This document shows, piece after piece, positions 1-9,593 of a stretch of DNA of 64,000 nucleotides. Position 1 is the stretch's first letter. Each line of letters opens with the position of its first letter. The stretch is taken from IMG/VR virus record IMGVR_UViG_3300006789_000016, positions 1-64,000 of that record. One strand, 5' to 3'. A program made the position numbers and the translations under genes. The stretch is from an uncultured virus (IMG/VR IMGVR_UViG_3300006789_000016) (taxonomy: Duplodnaviria; Heunggongvirae; Uroviricota; Caudoviricetes). The notes under the pieces are model-generated. The model did not search any database, was not told the origin of the DNA, and worked only from the letters and a program-made list of their open reading frames with translations.

Positions 1-411
1 AAGAAGCCAAACTTCTTGACCTGTCTTTAGCTGTGCTGAAATTTTAGCAGCCTTTGTTTTCTTTGGCTTCTTTGGTAAATCAAAGATAGCCCAATCATCA
101 AAGTCATTAGGTCTTGTTACATATCCTATCGAGTCTAATGTTACACAGCCTTCTTTCTCAAGATCAAGAAAGCCACAAACTCTAGTTGCATGTTCTTTAG
201 AAATATCTGCAACATGAGCGGCTGTCAAAAGCCTATAGATTCCATGAGATTTTACAATAGTCCCAGACCCTACTGGAATCCATCCAAAGACAGCGTGATC
301 AACTTCAAAAGACACTGCAGAGACTTTCATATTTTTAACTTGAGGAACAACGTCGGGCGCTGCGTGGCATGACTGAGCGAACAACAATAACAGAGTAAAA
401 AACTTTATCAT
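1..411 (-). CDS. Secreted trypsin-like serine protease (runs off the window's left edge)
   Basis: Not in the ORF track because there is no stop inside the window. Manual translation from ATG at 411: MIKFFTLLLLFAQSCHAAP (signal-peptide-like)...VGSGTIV...LLTAAHV...DDWAIFDL, matching the chymotrypsin-fold His and Asp motifs. The Ser motif would lie outside the window. Confidence 0.8.
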   Translation of the reverse strand, partial: MIKFFTLLLLFAQSCHAAPDVVPQVKNMKVSAVSFEVDHAVFGWIPVGSGTIVKSHGIYRLLTAAHVADISKEHATRVCGFLDLEKEGCVTLDSIGYVTRPNDFDDWAIFDLPKKPKKTKAAKISAQLKTGQEVWLL

Positions 412-450
412 AAACAACACTCCCTATTACTATTATGCCATAAGGTAGCC

Positions 451-1209
451 ATGAATCCGATTCCTAACTTTGTTAAAGAAAAAACAGCTTGTTATTTTTC
501 TCTCTTTAATACTTCTTTTCTTCCTTTTAACAAAGAAGAATCATTAAGAAATACTTTTCGGCAATTAACAATCGCAATTCCTGAAATTCTAGTTACTGGT
601 GGTTACGTTAGAGATAATCTAGCAAACGCAAGTATCTTGCCAAAAGATATAGATTTAATTATTCCTTTTAAAGGGAAAACTCAGCAGATTGTTCTTCAGA
701 ATACTATTACCAACCTTCTTTCTTGTCATGGAGCTGTTCAAAATATATATGAAGATAAATATAATAATATTTTTGAAGAAAAAATTATAGTTAATAAAGT
801 TAATATTCGAATAGGCCAAACTATTGTTTTTAGTATTGACCTTATCTGGACAGAAGAACCAGAAAAATATATTAAATCTTTTGATTGGCTTTGCTGCATG
901 GGGACAATGTTTTTAAAGGATCTCGTGGATTGTAGTTCCCTATATCGAGATATATACTTTCCATCGCCTGAAGAACTTGAAGAATACAAAGAAGAGAAAA
1001 TCTCAAAATTTGGATCATCACCTCTTACACATTATTATCATTATAGAAAAACTCTTCGCCTCAATAGCGTTAAAAATCCCGAGTCAGCACTGAGGCGTGG
1101 GTTTTACTTGGCACATCGCTTAGGTAAAAAGATGAGACAAGAAGACTTCAATACATTAGTCATGATGACTAATCTCTTAGACAATAACAAATTAATCGAA
1201 AAGGATTAA
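451..1209 (+). CDS. tRNA nucleotidyltransferase / poly(A) polymerase head-domain protein
   Basis: VTGGYVRD...PKDIDL is the class II nucleotidyltransferase signature (GGxVRD...DxD). Confidence 0.7.
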   Translation: MNPIPNFVKEKTACYFSLFNTSFLPFNKEESLRNTFRQLTIAIPEILVTGGYVRDNLANASILPKDIDLIIPFKGKTQQIVLQNTITNLLSCHGAVQNIYEDKYNNIFEEKIIVNKVNIRIGQTIVFSIDLIWTEEPEKYIKSFDWLCCMGTMFLKDLVDCSSLYRDIYFPSPEELEEYKEEKISKFGSSPLTHYYHYRKTLRLNSVKNPESALRRGFYLAHRLGKKMRQEDFNTLVMMTNLLDNNKLIEKD

Positions 1210-1210
1210 C

Positions 1211-1897
1211 ATGCAAGTCCCCGAAGGTTATGAGCTAGTCTCTGACTTACAAATAGATGTACCTATCTTAAATCCTATTACATTCAGTGCGCTGGCAAAT
1301 CCCGAGGCTCTCCAACATGTTGGTAAGCACCTTATTGCAGGTCCAGCCCTTACTGCAGATGTAATGGAATTAGATACTGATGCAGACGGAGGAAAACTTT
1401 ATTGTATTTTCACAGAACATCCTAAAGAACTAGAAGATTTCTTCTCAAGCTATGGGATGACTGAGATAACTCATTCTGTTCTTCCTCGTTTATGGAAAGA
1501 CCAAGATTACGCATTATCTATTATTGTTCCTTCAGAACATAGTCTTAACAATATGAGAAAAGAGAACATGCGCATCTTTGATTGTGACTGTCTTGCTGCA
1601 GAGATGCCCTCAAGTATTGAGTTAGGAATCACTGAAGGTACTTATATTCTTAAGCCAAAAGAGATGCCCCAAAAGATTAGACTAACCAAGGTTGGAAGAA
1701 TGCTTCCAGTTGACCTGGTAAAGGTCTACACAAAAGCCTATCATCGAATGGGTTTTAAAATTGACTACTTTGTATTTCATCACTTTTGGAGACTTAGATG
1801 TGCATTCAATTTTAGAAATGATCTAATAGATGACCTAAACGCCTTTGAGGAATGGCGTAGTGATTTCCTCGATGAACCAATTACCTTTACTTACTAA
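1211..1897 (+). CDS. Hypothetical protein
   Basis: 228 aa ORF with AAGGA RBS, packed between neighbours; no motif recognised. Confidence 0.6.
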   Translation: MQVPEGYELVSDLQIDVPILNPITFSALANPEALQHVGKHLIAGPALTADVMELDTDADGGKLYCIFTEHPKELEDFFSSYGMTEITHSVLPRLWKDQDYALSIIVPSEHSLNNMRKENMRIFDCDCLAAEMPSSIELGITEGTYILKPKEMPQKIRLTKVGRMLPVDLVKVYTKAYHRMGFKIDYFVFHHFWRLRCAFNFRNDLIDDLNAFEEWRSDFLDEPITFTY

Positions 1898-1915
1898 GAA
1901 CCAGGAGAAAGAACA

Positions 1916-3100
1916 ATGGATTCAAGAAATTTTCAAAGAGTACTAGATATTTACTTCGAAGCGGATGTGCCTCTTCACGTCTGGGGCGCCGGTGGAATCG
2001 GCAAGTCTCAAATCATTGAAGCAGTTGCTGAAAGGAAAGGTCACCACATGGAAGACCTACGTCTCGCAACACAGGAAGTGGGAGACCTTATTGGTATTCC
2101 CAAACGTACAACCCAAGAAGCTTTACGCATCTCTGGACATGATGAAGAAGGCAATGCCATTATCGAAACCTACACTGCTGATGTCACTACTTGGACTCAG
2201 CCGACTTGGTTCCGTCGTATTTGGAACAAGTATGCCCTTGGGTTCCGAACCGTGCTTTTCCTCGACGAAATGGACCGTGCCAACAAAGAAGTTATTCAGG
2301 TAGCTTACCAGCTAACAACGAAAAAGCAACTTCACGAGCACGAGCTGCCCCCTGGGACCATCATCATCGCAGCAGGTAACCCTCCAACTGAAGATTACAT
2401 GGTAGAGACTTTCGACGACGCTATGTGTACTCGTTGGGCACACGTTAAGCTTGATGCTAACGTCCCTGCGTGGCTTACTGAAGTCGGACCTCGTATGGAT
2501 GAAGAAATCACAGGCTTCATTGCAACTGCAGGCAAGGAATATCTTTTCCACAAAGCAGCTGCTTGGGATATTGAAACTGTTAGAATGCCTACGCCTCGTG
2601 GTTGGGAGTTCGTAAACCGAGTTTACGGTGCTTGGAAGAAGCACGGTGGCGGCGACCAACTACTTCTTATGACTTGTGTCGGTTCTATCGTTGGCGCTGC
2701 AGCTGGTCGAGAATTCGTTCAGTCTCTTGAGACTCAGTGGATTACCAGAGATCAGATTCTTTCTGGAGCAAAGAACTACCAAGACCTTAAAGCAAGCTCT
2801 GCAGCTTCTGGTCAGATTCTTCGACTCGTTAACGAATGCTCTCTCTATCTCGAAAAGAAAGACTTTAAGAGCAAGAAGAAAGAGAAAATGGTTGTTGACG
2901 CAAGTAAGGTTCAAGCCTTTGGTGCATTCCTCGATGCCCTTACTCAGGATAAAACCGAGCTTTCTGTCTCTCTAACCAAGAGCATCATGAAGCGCGAGCG
3001 TGAAGTACTCAAGCTTATTCTCACGAAGGTTTCACCTTCCACGAGAAGTCGCTACAACGAACTCTTCACTCTCAGTCACAAGGTTAACGCATCTTATTAA
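1916..3100 (+). CDS. MoxR-family AAA+ ATPase
   Basis: Walker A GAGGIGKS, Walker B LFLDEMDR, IIAAGNPP, arginine finger DDAMCTRW, PTPRGW; CAGGAG RBS; followed by a VWA gene. Confidence 0.9.
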   Translation: MDSRNFQRVLDIYFEADVPLHVWGAGGIGKSQIIEAVAERKGHHMEDLRLATQEVGDLIGIPKRTTQEALRISGHDEEGNAIIETYTADVTTWTQPTWFRRIWNKYALGFRTVLFLDEMDRANKEVIQVAYQLTTKKQLHEHELPPGTIIIAAGNPPTEDYMVETFDDAMCTRWAHVKLDANVPAWLTEVGPRMDEEITGFIATAGKEYLFHKAAAWDIETVRMPTPRGWEFVNRVYGAWKKHGGGDQLLLMTCVGSIVGAAAGREFVQSLETQWITRDQILSGAKNYQDLKASSAASGQILRLVNECSLYLEKKDFKSKKKEKMVVDASKVQAFGAFLDALTQDKTELSVSLTKSIMKREREVLKLILTKVSPSTRSRYNELFTLSHKVNASY

Positions 3101-3105
3101 CACAC

Positions 3106-3136
3106 GAGAAGGGGAGGGTAACTCCTCCCCTTTCTC
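3106..3136 (+). terminator. GC-rich stem-loop between the MoxR and VWA genes
   Basis: GAGAAGGGGAG-GGTAACTC-CTCCCCTTTCTC inverted repeat just after the stop codon; U-tail is weak. Confidence 0.55.
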
Positions 3137-3167
3137 ATTCAAAACTACTACACAAGTAGGAGAATAA

Positions 3168-4379
3168 ATGAGTACTTTTAAAGACCTTCCTGCTGAAGAA
3201 AAAGTCAGCAAATGGCTTGCTACTGTTCTTGTAGGGAGTGATGCAAACATGCAGTGGTATGCTGCTGCACTATCTCAATTCGCCTTTGGAACAACAAGTG
3301 AAGTTCCTACGATGGCTCTTACTATGAGCTTCGAAACTTTACAACCAAAAATTGTTTACAATGTCAAGTTTGTTAAAGACCTTGACTTTCCTGAATTCGG
3401 AGCAATTCTAATTCATGAACTCTGGCACTTTCTTAATCGCTCATTTATGCGTCAAGAATTTCGTGACCCAACTGGGTGGAACTTTGCAACTGACAGTGCA
3501 ATGAACTGGCATATTGAGAGAGATTTTTCTCATAAACCTCTAGTTCAACTTCCAGACAATTGTCTTCAAGCTCCTAAGGAAATGAAGCAAGAAGACGTTT
3601 ACTCAGAAAATCTTTACAAAGTAACAACAGGCCAAGGTAAAGACAAACAATCAGGACAGCCCGGCGCGGGTTCTCCCCTAGAGCAAGCCTGGGATGATTT
3701 TCAGGCTGGAAAGACTAAGCTAGTTGATGACCACTCTCTTTGGGGTACATTCAACGACGTTCCTGAAGAAGCGATTGGAAACAAAGTTGTTGAGATTATT
3801 GACAACGCAACAAGATTTGCAGGAAGCGAACCTCATGGAGCAGCAAAGATTCTTCGTGAGTTGCTTGAGTCTAAGGTTCCTTGGGGTCAACTACTTCGTA
3901 GATTTGCAGGTGACTACCTTAAGATTGGTAGCAGGCCATCCTGGAAGCGTTATAACAGACGTATGGGAGAAAGCCAGCCCGGCAAAATTATTAAGCGTGG
4001 TGGAAAGCTTGTTATCCTTGTAGATACTTCTGGCTCTACAGCTGGAGACCAAGCACAGTTCTGGGGAGAGATTGACTTTGTTGCACGAAGTTTTGAAACC
4101 TGGGTCATCCAATGTGATGCTGCAGTTCAAGGCAAGCCCATTAGATATCATAGAGGGGTTGGGAAATCTCTTGAGATTAAAGGCTATGGCGGCACCGATA
4201 TGAATCCAGGTATTGAAGCAGCAAAGAAGTTAAAGCCAGATCTCTTTGTTTGTTTTACTGACGGATACCTTTTCGGAGAACCTGTCCCAACTGGAAAACC
4301 AGAGCTTTGGGTTATCTGTCAGAATGGCGTAGAAGTCAAAAACAGACGATGTATCTTCATCGAGAGCAAAGATAAATGA
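3168..4379 (+). CDS. Metallopeptidase-like (HExxH) plus VWA domain protein (DUF2201-type), MoxR partner
   Basis: ILIHELWH and WNFATDSAMN in the N-terminal half; MIDAS VDTSGST, GYGGTD and FTDGY in the C-terminal half. Confidence 0.9.
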   Translation: MSTFKDLPAEEKVSKWLATVLVGSDANMQWYAAALSQFAFGTTSEVPTMALTMSFETLQPKIVYNVKFVKDLDFPEFGAILIHELWHFLNRSFMRQEFRDPTGWNFATDSAMNWHIERDFSHKPLVQLPDNCLQAPKEMKQEDVYSENLYKVTTGQGKDKQSGQPGAGSPLEQAWDDFQAGKTKLVDDHSLWGTFNDVPEEAIGNKVVEIIDNATRFAGSEPHGAAKILRELLESKVPWGQLLRRFAGDYLKIGSRPSWKRYNRRMGESQPGKIIKRGGKLVILVDTSGSTAGDQAQFWGEIDFVARSFETWVIQCDAAVQGKPIRYHRGVGKSLEIKGYGGTDMNPGIEAAKKLKPDLFVCFTDGYLFGEPVPTGKPELWVICQNGVEVKNRRCIFIESKDK

Positions 4380-4820
4380 AGGCATATAGTACCAAAGAGG
4401 GAAACTTCTTTGGTATTCCTTATACAAAAAGGCAATGGAATAGTTTTCAATATAAACAAACCATGTGTCCTGATTTCTCCTTATAGAAACCCAAAAAGTT
4501 ACTAAAAAATATGACAGATTTTACAGAAAACATTTATGCCTTTTTTCAATAAATCTCTGAACTCTTTAAAGGCTCATGTAAACAAGAACAGGGTAGCTAG
4601 AATTAAATCTCATATTCAAGAAAGTCATTTCTCTTTTTCTTCTTGGGCTGGAGATTATCGCGAAGACTGCTCGTTTCTCCTTGAGAAATAAAAAGTTTAC
4701 AAAAACAACTTGATTATCAAACAATGATGACAACAAATCATAATGATTTACCCGAAAAGAATGCAGATGAGCAAAGCTCTACTGCAAAAGAATAACAAAC
4801 AAAGATAAACAGGAGTAAAT

Positions 4821-5081
4821 ATGACGTCACATCAAAGAAGTACACTTAGTCGTGTATCACGTCAGCGCTTTACCCAGCGTTATGGTTCAACCAGTTACAA
4901 TATCATCAGCTCCTATGTTGCTTCAGACCGCAGCCTTAGCTCGCAAGAGCTTGCACAGACGCTTGGCGTCGCTGTCGGTACTGTTCGTACCACTCTAGGT
5001 AATTTTACCCGTGGTGCTTATGGCAGCATCGTTGATGACTGTAACTTTACTAGCCGTCACTTCCGTCCTGCTGTACGATAA
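4821..5081 (+). CDS. Small basic helix-turn-helix DNA-binding protein
   Basis: LSSQELAQTLGVAVGTVRTTL is a typical HTH; CAGGAG RBS; many CGT codons. Confidence 0.65.
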   Translation: MTSHQRSTLSRVSRQRFTQRYGSTSYNIISSYVASDRSLSSQELAQTLGVAVGTVRTTLGNFTRGAYGSIVDDCNFTSRHFRPAVR

Positions 5082-5103
5082 ACAGCTTTCTCCAACCAAA
5101 AGA

Positions 5104-5131
5104 GAGGGGAACACAAATTTGTGTTCCCCTC
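5104..5131. repeat. Perfect 28-bp palindrome (hairpin, terminator or operator)
   Basis: GAGGGGAACACAAATTTGTGTTCCCCTC equals its own reverse complement. Confidence 0.9.
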
Positions 5132-5145
5132 GCAGGTTTATAACA

Positions 5146-6456
5146 ATGGACTCTATTGCTTTTACCCCAACATATAATCTGAAATCTAGTAATCCTATTT
5201 CAAAAATGGGAAAAAAGTATCTTCAGTCAATTCATCAACTAAGTGCTTTGTATTGTGTAACTAAATCTCAAAGAATAGATGCAGAACTATTGAAAAATGA
5301 AATGTATAGTACTTTAATATATCCAATATTATTTACAGTAACTACAGATACAGACATTTTTCATAGAGTGGTCGCTTCACAAAATGTACTTACAAAACTA
5401 ATTAAAAATACAGAACAAGGAGATATGTTTTTGAGTCTTCCTCCTTGGGTGAATGATTTAGAAGATCAAAGCGATGCCGAAATCCATGGGACAACTATTT
5501 TTACCCAAATTGAAGGGAAAAATATAGTCTTCTCTCATCCAGAGACAGTTGTGGGCCTTGCAGATTTTGGGATACAACTTACAAAAGGATGTAATTCAAA
5601 ATACTGGGCTCTTCCCATTTCTTTAAAGAAAGATTTTACAATACCTTTATCTATAGGAGAAACAGTAGCTGCATTTACAGAAGCAGAACACCAACAATTT
5701 CTTAAAATTTATCAACAAACTTTACAGGGAAATATATATGTTGGAAATCTTATTCATAATGCTGCTCCTAGTACTTTAAAATATTCTCTTTTTTCTATCA
5801 AAGAAATAGGATTATTTCTTGGGTATATCAATTATATACTTCTTTATTCAAGCAGTTACCCCACCCTTGGTGCTGAACTTCACAATGCATTGCTAGATTC
5901 GAAAAGTACTTCAGATCAGATCAATAATTTGTTTGATCAAGTTAATAAAAGAAAATCATGGATTTCCTCGATTGCTTCTTATCCTACAATTAAAACAAAT
6001 ATAATTCAAATTCAAAACATTGCAAAACAAGTATCGATAGCAAGTCTTTCTTACTCAGCCTGTATTGGACCTGTCAGTCTCCCTGAAAACTCAATGCAAA
6101 CAAAAGAAAAGAAAGATATTAAATATAATATTCAATTCAGAATTCTCGATAAAAATAGACTAAGGGTTCAGTGTAAAAAGACTGGTGGATACGCATCAGA
6201 AGCATCTTATATATTTGACCTGTCCTCATCTTCAATCCTCTTACAAGCAAAGAATCTTTCTGACTTTAAAGAAAGAGATGTTCAGTTACTTATTCAAGAA
6301 AAACAACTTCAACATCTTTCTTATGAAAAATCTTCATTTTATAAAGGCAGTGACCAATATTATTGTAAAGGAATATATGACCCAGCAAAAGGTCTTCTTG
6401 TCAGTATCAACGGAACAAAAACATTAATTGCAAAAGCAACAGAACTACAATTCTAA
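5146..6456 (+). CDS. Hypothetical protein
   Basis: Long AT-rich ORF. The track start at 5011 overlaps the HTH gene and the palindrome, so ATG 5146 is preferred. Confidence 0.6.
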   Translation: MDSIAFTPTYNLKSSNPISKMGKKYLQSIHQLSALYCVTKSQRIDAELLKNEMYSTLIYPILFTVTTDTDIFHRVVASQNVLTKLIKNTEQGDMFLSLPPWVNDLEDQSDAEIHGTTIFTQIEGKNIVFSHPETVVGLADFGIQLTKGCNSKYWALPISLKKDFTIPLSIGETVAAFTEAEHQQFLKIYQQTLQGNIYVGNLIHNAAPSTLKYSLFSIKEIGLFLGYINYILLYSSSYPTLGAELHNALLDSKSTSDQINNLFDQVNKRKSWISSIASYPTIKTNIIQIQNIAKQVSIASLSYSACIGPVSLPENSMQTKEKKDIKYNIQFRILDKNRLRVQCKKTGGYASEASYIFDLSSSSILLQAKNLSDFKERDVQLLIQEKQLQHLSYEKSSFYKGSDQYYCKGIYDPAKGLLVSINGTKTLIAKATELQF

Positions 6457-6466
6457 AGGAAAATCA

Positions 6467-7228
6467 ATGAGTAGCGGATATCATTATGGCGGATCAGGCT
6501 TTGGACAAAATATTGGTTGGTGTTTTGACACCAAAAATATAGAATTTTGGGGCTCATCAAAATCAAAATTAGATGATGTGTTAGATTCCACAGGTGAAGA
6601 CTTTGCAGATACTGACCTTATCATTAACTGCACTGGGCTCCCCTATACTATTAAACCTTTTATTAAGTCTGCTCCGACATGGCTTTTAAAAGAAAACAAA
6701 ACAGAAAAAAGTTTGTCTCTTCCGCAACCACATCAATTAGTTCTTGAATGGAAAGACTTTAGTCCTCCCCCTAGGCATTATGAAAACCTAGATTTTTGGA
6801 AAAATATAGTAACAAGAGCAGAAGAACATGGAATCAAACGAATTTTTGTTTGCTGCCAAGGAGGTAAAGGACGTACTGGGACTGCTCTTTCTGCTCTTAT
6901 GATGGCGACAAACATGGCCGAGGATCCATTCCAGGCTATTAATCGAGTTAGAGAAAACTATACAGAAAAAGCAGTAGAAACAACTAGTCAAACTAAATAT
7001 CTCATCAACTGTTTCTATCCAGAAGGAGAAGAAAGAACTGAAGTTTATGATTATTTAGATCAGTTAGAAAAACAACGCCGAGCAGCTGAAAAATCAAAGA
7101 CAACCACTAAATGGAAGCGTCCACAATCAAATCAAGCTATAGCCGATGATGATCTCTATGAGGATGTTCTTGATGATGATACAGAAGATTCTGTCTCTTT
7201 TAAAACGTCTTATTCCAGCTACAAGTAA
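6467..7228 (+). CDS. Cys-based dual-specificity / tyrosine phosphatase family protein
   Basis: CX5R P-loop VCCQGGKGRTGT, WKDFSPP acid-loop equivalent, AINRVR...AVETTSQ; ATG 6467 follows an AAGGA RBS. Confidence 0.85.
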   Translation: MSSGYHYGGSGFGQNIGWCFDTKNIEFWGSSKSKLDDVLDSTGEDFADTDLIINCTGLPYTIKPFIKSAPTWLLKENKTEKSLSLPQPHQLVLEWKDFSPPPRHYENLDFWKNIVTRAEEHGIKRIFVCCQGGKGRTGTALSALMMATNMAEDPFQAINRVRENYTEKAVETTSQTKYLINCFYPEGEERTEVYDYLDQLEKQRRAAEKSKTTTKWKRPQSNQAIADDDLYEDVLDDDTEDSVSFKTSYSSYK

Positions 7229-7256
7229 AGAAGAATTGCAACTAGGTGCAAAAACA

Positions 7257-9095
7257 ATGTCTTTTATTAAAAAGAAAAATATTGATGATGAGGTTCATCT
7301 ATATGAAGAATATGCCCAAAAGGGAAATATCTTTCAGCCATCTAAAAATGTGAAAAAGATTAAAACTCAAAAAGCAAAAGGTGTCCTTGCTATTGAAGAG
7401 TATGCAATCCATGTTCAGTCTGTTAGGTGGAGCATTAACAGACATCTCTTGTTTGAGGCTGGGAGAGAATTTACTAAAGAAAATTTTAATTACCCTGTCT
7501 TTGTAAGACCGTGTCCTACAGTACCCAGACATGGTTTTGTAGACTCAACAACATGCAAGACAGCCACACAATTAAACAAAATCTCTAAACAAACCCATAA
7601 GGTTGAACCTAAAGCAGAATTACTTATTACCAAACCTATTCCTGCTACATATAGTGCGATCATCTCTGGTGATAGAATTACTTTTGGACCAGGAAATGAT
7701 GGAGCTACTTCCGGCAAGCAATGTCAATCTTTATATATCTCTGAGCCAGATTATCTCAGGCAACATATTATTAAAGACAATTGCGGGATAACCGAAGACC
7801 AGATTCCTTATTATGAATTAGTTTGTACTCAAAGAGAAACATTTCTTGTTCAAGTACGTGGGGGACCAGAGCTTCCTACATCAAAAAACTTTGTTCCGAA
7901 TCAACTTATAGTAAACAAAGTAGTTAAAGCCGAGGGTGACCTTTTAAAATGGGAAACCATTGTAAGATCACTAAATCCTAAAACTACAGTTATTGATCAC
8001 ACTGAAGGAACCCTCTCCTCTCATTACGCTGTTCACGCTATTCTAAACAACATTCCTATTTTTACTGAAAACTGTCCTCGGGTTGGTGACTTGGTTGTTC
8101 CTACCGAGGCTGCAAATGAAATTACAGATGAAGAAAGAAAAGAATTTGCTAATGCTTACCTTTTCGGTCTCTCTAATATCAATACAGTTCTTAAAGAAAA
8201 TAATGGGGGAGTAGATTTCTTTCGCCGCTCAACCAGACAGATTGTAGAGCTTGCTGTTGCATGTTTACATAACTTTAGTGCTCTCTATCGTCACAGAGAC
8301 TGGAAGCTCTTAGGGACGACTCTAGGCTTGTTCGCAAGGGTTTGTTACTCTGTCTCTGCAGGAGAAATGAGACACGCTAACTCTAAAGCAAATAAAGAGT
8401 GGAAGAATATAAAAGCTTGTCATACACATGAAGAGCGTGGGAAAACTTACCGTAAAAATTTATGTCTTAGTGCCCCAGATGTTCAAACAAGCATTGAAGA
8501 TATTTGCAAAGGCTTTAGCATTAAAGGTTGGGAGTCAGGATTTGGAGGAAAAGCATGGGCTAATTGTACTTCTTCAATCATGGAGCTACACAATCATTGT
8601 GTTGACGGGGATATCAAAGAAGCAGTTGCTCAATTCAATAATGTTATTCATGAAGAACATAACGGTGGCCTATATCTTAACAAAGTAGTTAATTCTGGTA
8701 TCTTTGATACTGCTGCTAGAAACTCAACTCTGTTTATGTTTCAGAATTTAAAAAATAGTATTCATATTCTTGGTAGTCTTTATAATCAATCACAACCAAA
8801 AGAATATTGTCTTCGCAAACTTTTTATTTCAGCTTCTGCTCAACCAAAAACTCAACCAAAAAAGGCAGAGCCTACAGATATGACAATTAAAAGAACAGGA
8901 AAACAAACACTTCTTACTTCTCCCGATATTTGTATTGACCTTACTAATGATTACAGTTGGGATTTATGGAATACCACAGAAAAAGAAACTCCACTTTACT
9001 CTGGAAAGATTCCTTATTGGTATACAAATAGCAAAGGAAAGAAAGTTATATCTAAAGCAAAGGTAACTAAACTATGCAAACAAAACAAGTCATAA
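7257..9095 (+). CDS. PPDK/PEP-synthase-like protein: ATP-grasp-like domain, phospho-His swivel domain and unknown C-terminal domain
   Basis: QKAKGV, YPVFVRPCP...HGFVDS and YELV...FLVQVRG resemble the PPDK/PEPS nucleotide-binding domain. EGTLSSHYAVHAILNNIPIF resembles the GGxTSHAAIxARxxGIP swivel motif. Confidence 0.6.
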   Translation: MSFIKKKNIDDEVHLYEEYAQKGNIFQPSKNVKKIKTQKAKGVLAIEEYAIHVQSVRWSINRHLLFEAGREFTKENFNYPVFVRPCPTVPRHGFVDSTTCKTATQLNKISKQTHKVEPKAELLITKPIPATYSAIISGDRITFGPGNDGATSGKQCQSLYISEPDYLRQHIIKDNCGITEDQIPYYELVCTQRETFLVQVRGGPELPTSKNFVPNQLIVNKVVKAEGDLLKWETIVRSLNPKTTVIDHTEGTLSSHYAVHAILNNIPIFTENCPRVGDLVVPTEAANEITDEERKEFANAYLFGLSNINTVLKENNGGVDFFRRSTRQIVELAVACLHNFSALYRHRDWKLLGTTLGLFARVCYSVSAGEMRHANSKANKEWKNIKACHTHEERGKTYRKNLCLSAPDVQTSIEDICKGFSIKGWESGFGGKAWANCTSSIMELHNHCVDGDIKEAVAQFNNVIHEEHNGGLYLNKVVNSGIFDTAARNSTLFMFQNLKNSIHILGSLYNQSQPKEYCLRKLFISASAQPKTQPKKAEPTDMTIKRTGKQTLLTSPDICIDLTNDYSWDLWNTTEKETPLYSGKIPYWYTNSKGKKVISKAKVTKLCKQNKS

Positions 9096-9164
9096 TAGAC
9101 CTTATTAGAATAAACTATAAACAATTTTCAACACTGTTAATTAAAGATTTAATTAGGAATAAAA

Positions 9165-9593
9165 ATGAATGTAAAGCAGGTTATTGTTGTAAGAACAAAA
9201 TACCCCGATAATAAAGGGGGAACACGAAAATTAAGAACGGGAAAACTTATGGCACAAGCCGCTCATGCTTCAATGAAAGTCTTTCTCGACATGATGGCTG
9301 AAACAACTTATGAAAACAGTCCATACAGTTCCTTTTTTATGGAACTAAGCCACACAAGCCCTGTATATCACTGGCTGTCTGGTCCTTTTGCAAAGATCTG
9401 TTGTTATGTAGAGAGTGAAAAAGATCTATTGGACTTATATTACAGAGCCCGCGCAGCGGGCCTTCCTGCTAGTCTTATTAAAGACTCGGGCAAGACTGAA
9501 TTCCATGGTGTTCCTACCAATACATGTATTGCTATAGGACCAGCAGAGAATAAAGATATAGATAAGATCACTGGAGATTTGAAACTACTATGA
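9165..9593 (+). CDS. pth2: Peptidyl-tRNA hydrolase, Pth2 family
   Basis: KQVIVVR...GKLMAQAAHAS...KICC...IKDSGKTEF...TCIAIGP...IDKITGDLKLL. Confidence 0.92.
   Translation: MNVKQVIVVRTKYPDNKGGTRKLRTGKLMAQAAHASMKVFLDMMAETTYENSPYSSFFMELSHTSPVYHWLSGPFAKICCYVESEKDLLDLYYRARAAGLPASLIKDSGKTEFHGVPTNTCIAIGPAENKDIDKITGDLKLL

Noticed and set aside
190..372. 60-aa + strand ORF from the track
   Set aside because: It lies antisense to the trypsin-like protease gene, which has clear motifs.
4380..4820. Largest gap in the ORF track as a possible ncRNA, tRNA or origin
   Set aside because: No cloverleaf, iterons or strong structure were recognised, and it can hold short ORFs of about 36 and 51 aa. A covariance-model search would be needed to exclude an RNA.
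5104..5140. GTGTTCCCC resembles the start of type I-E CRISPR repeats (possible mini-array or RNA anti-CRISPR)
   Set aside because: It is a single copy with no spacer, the remainder does not match the repeat hairpin, and the match is explained by the palindrome arm.
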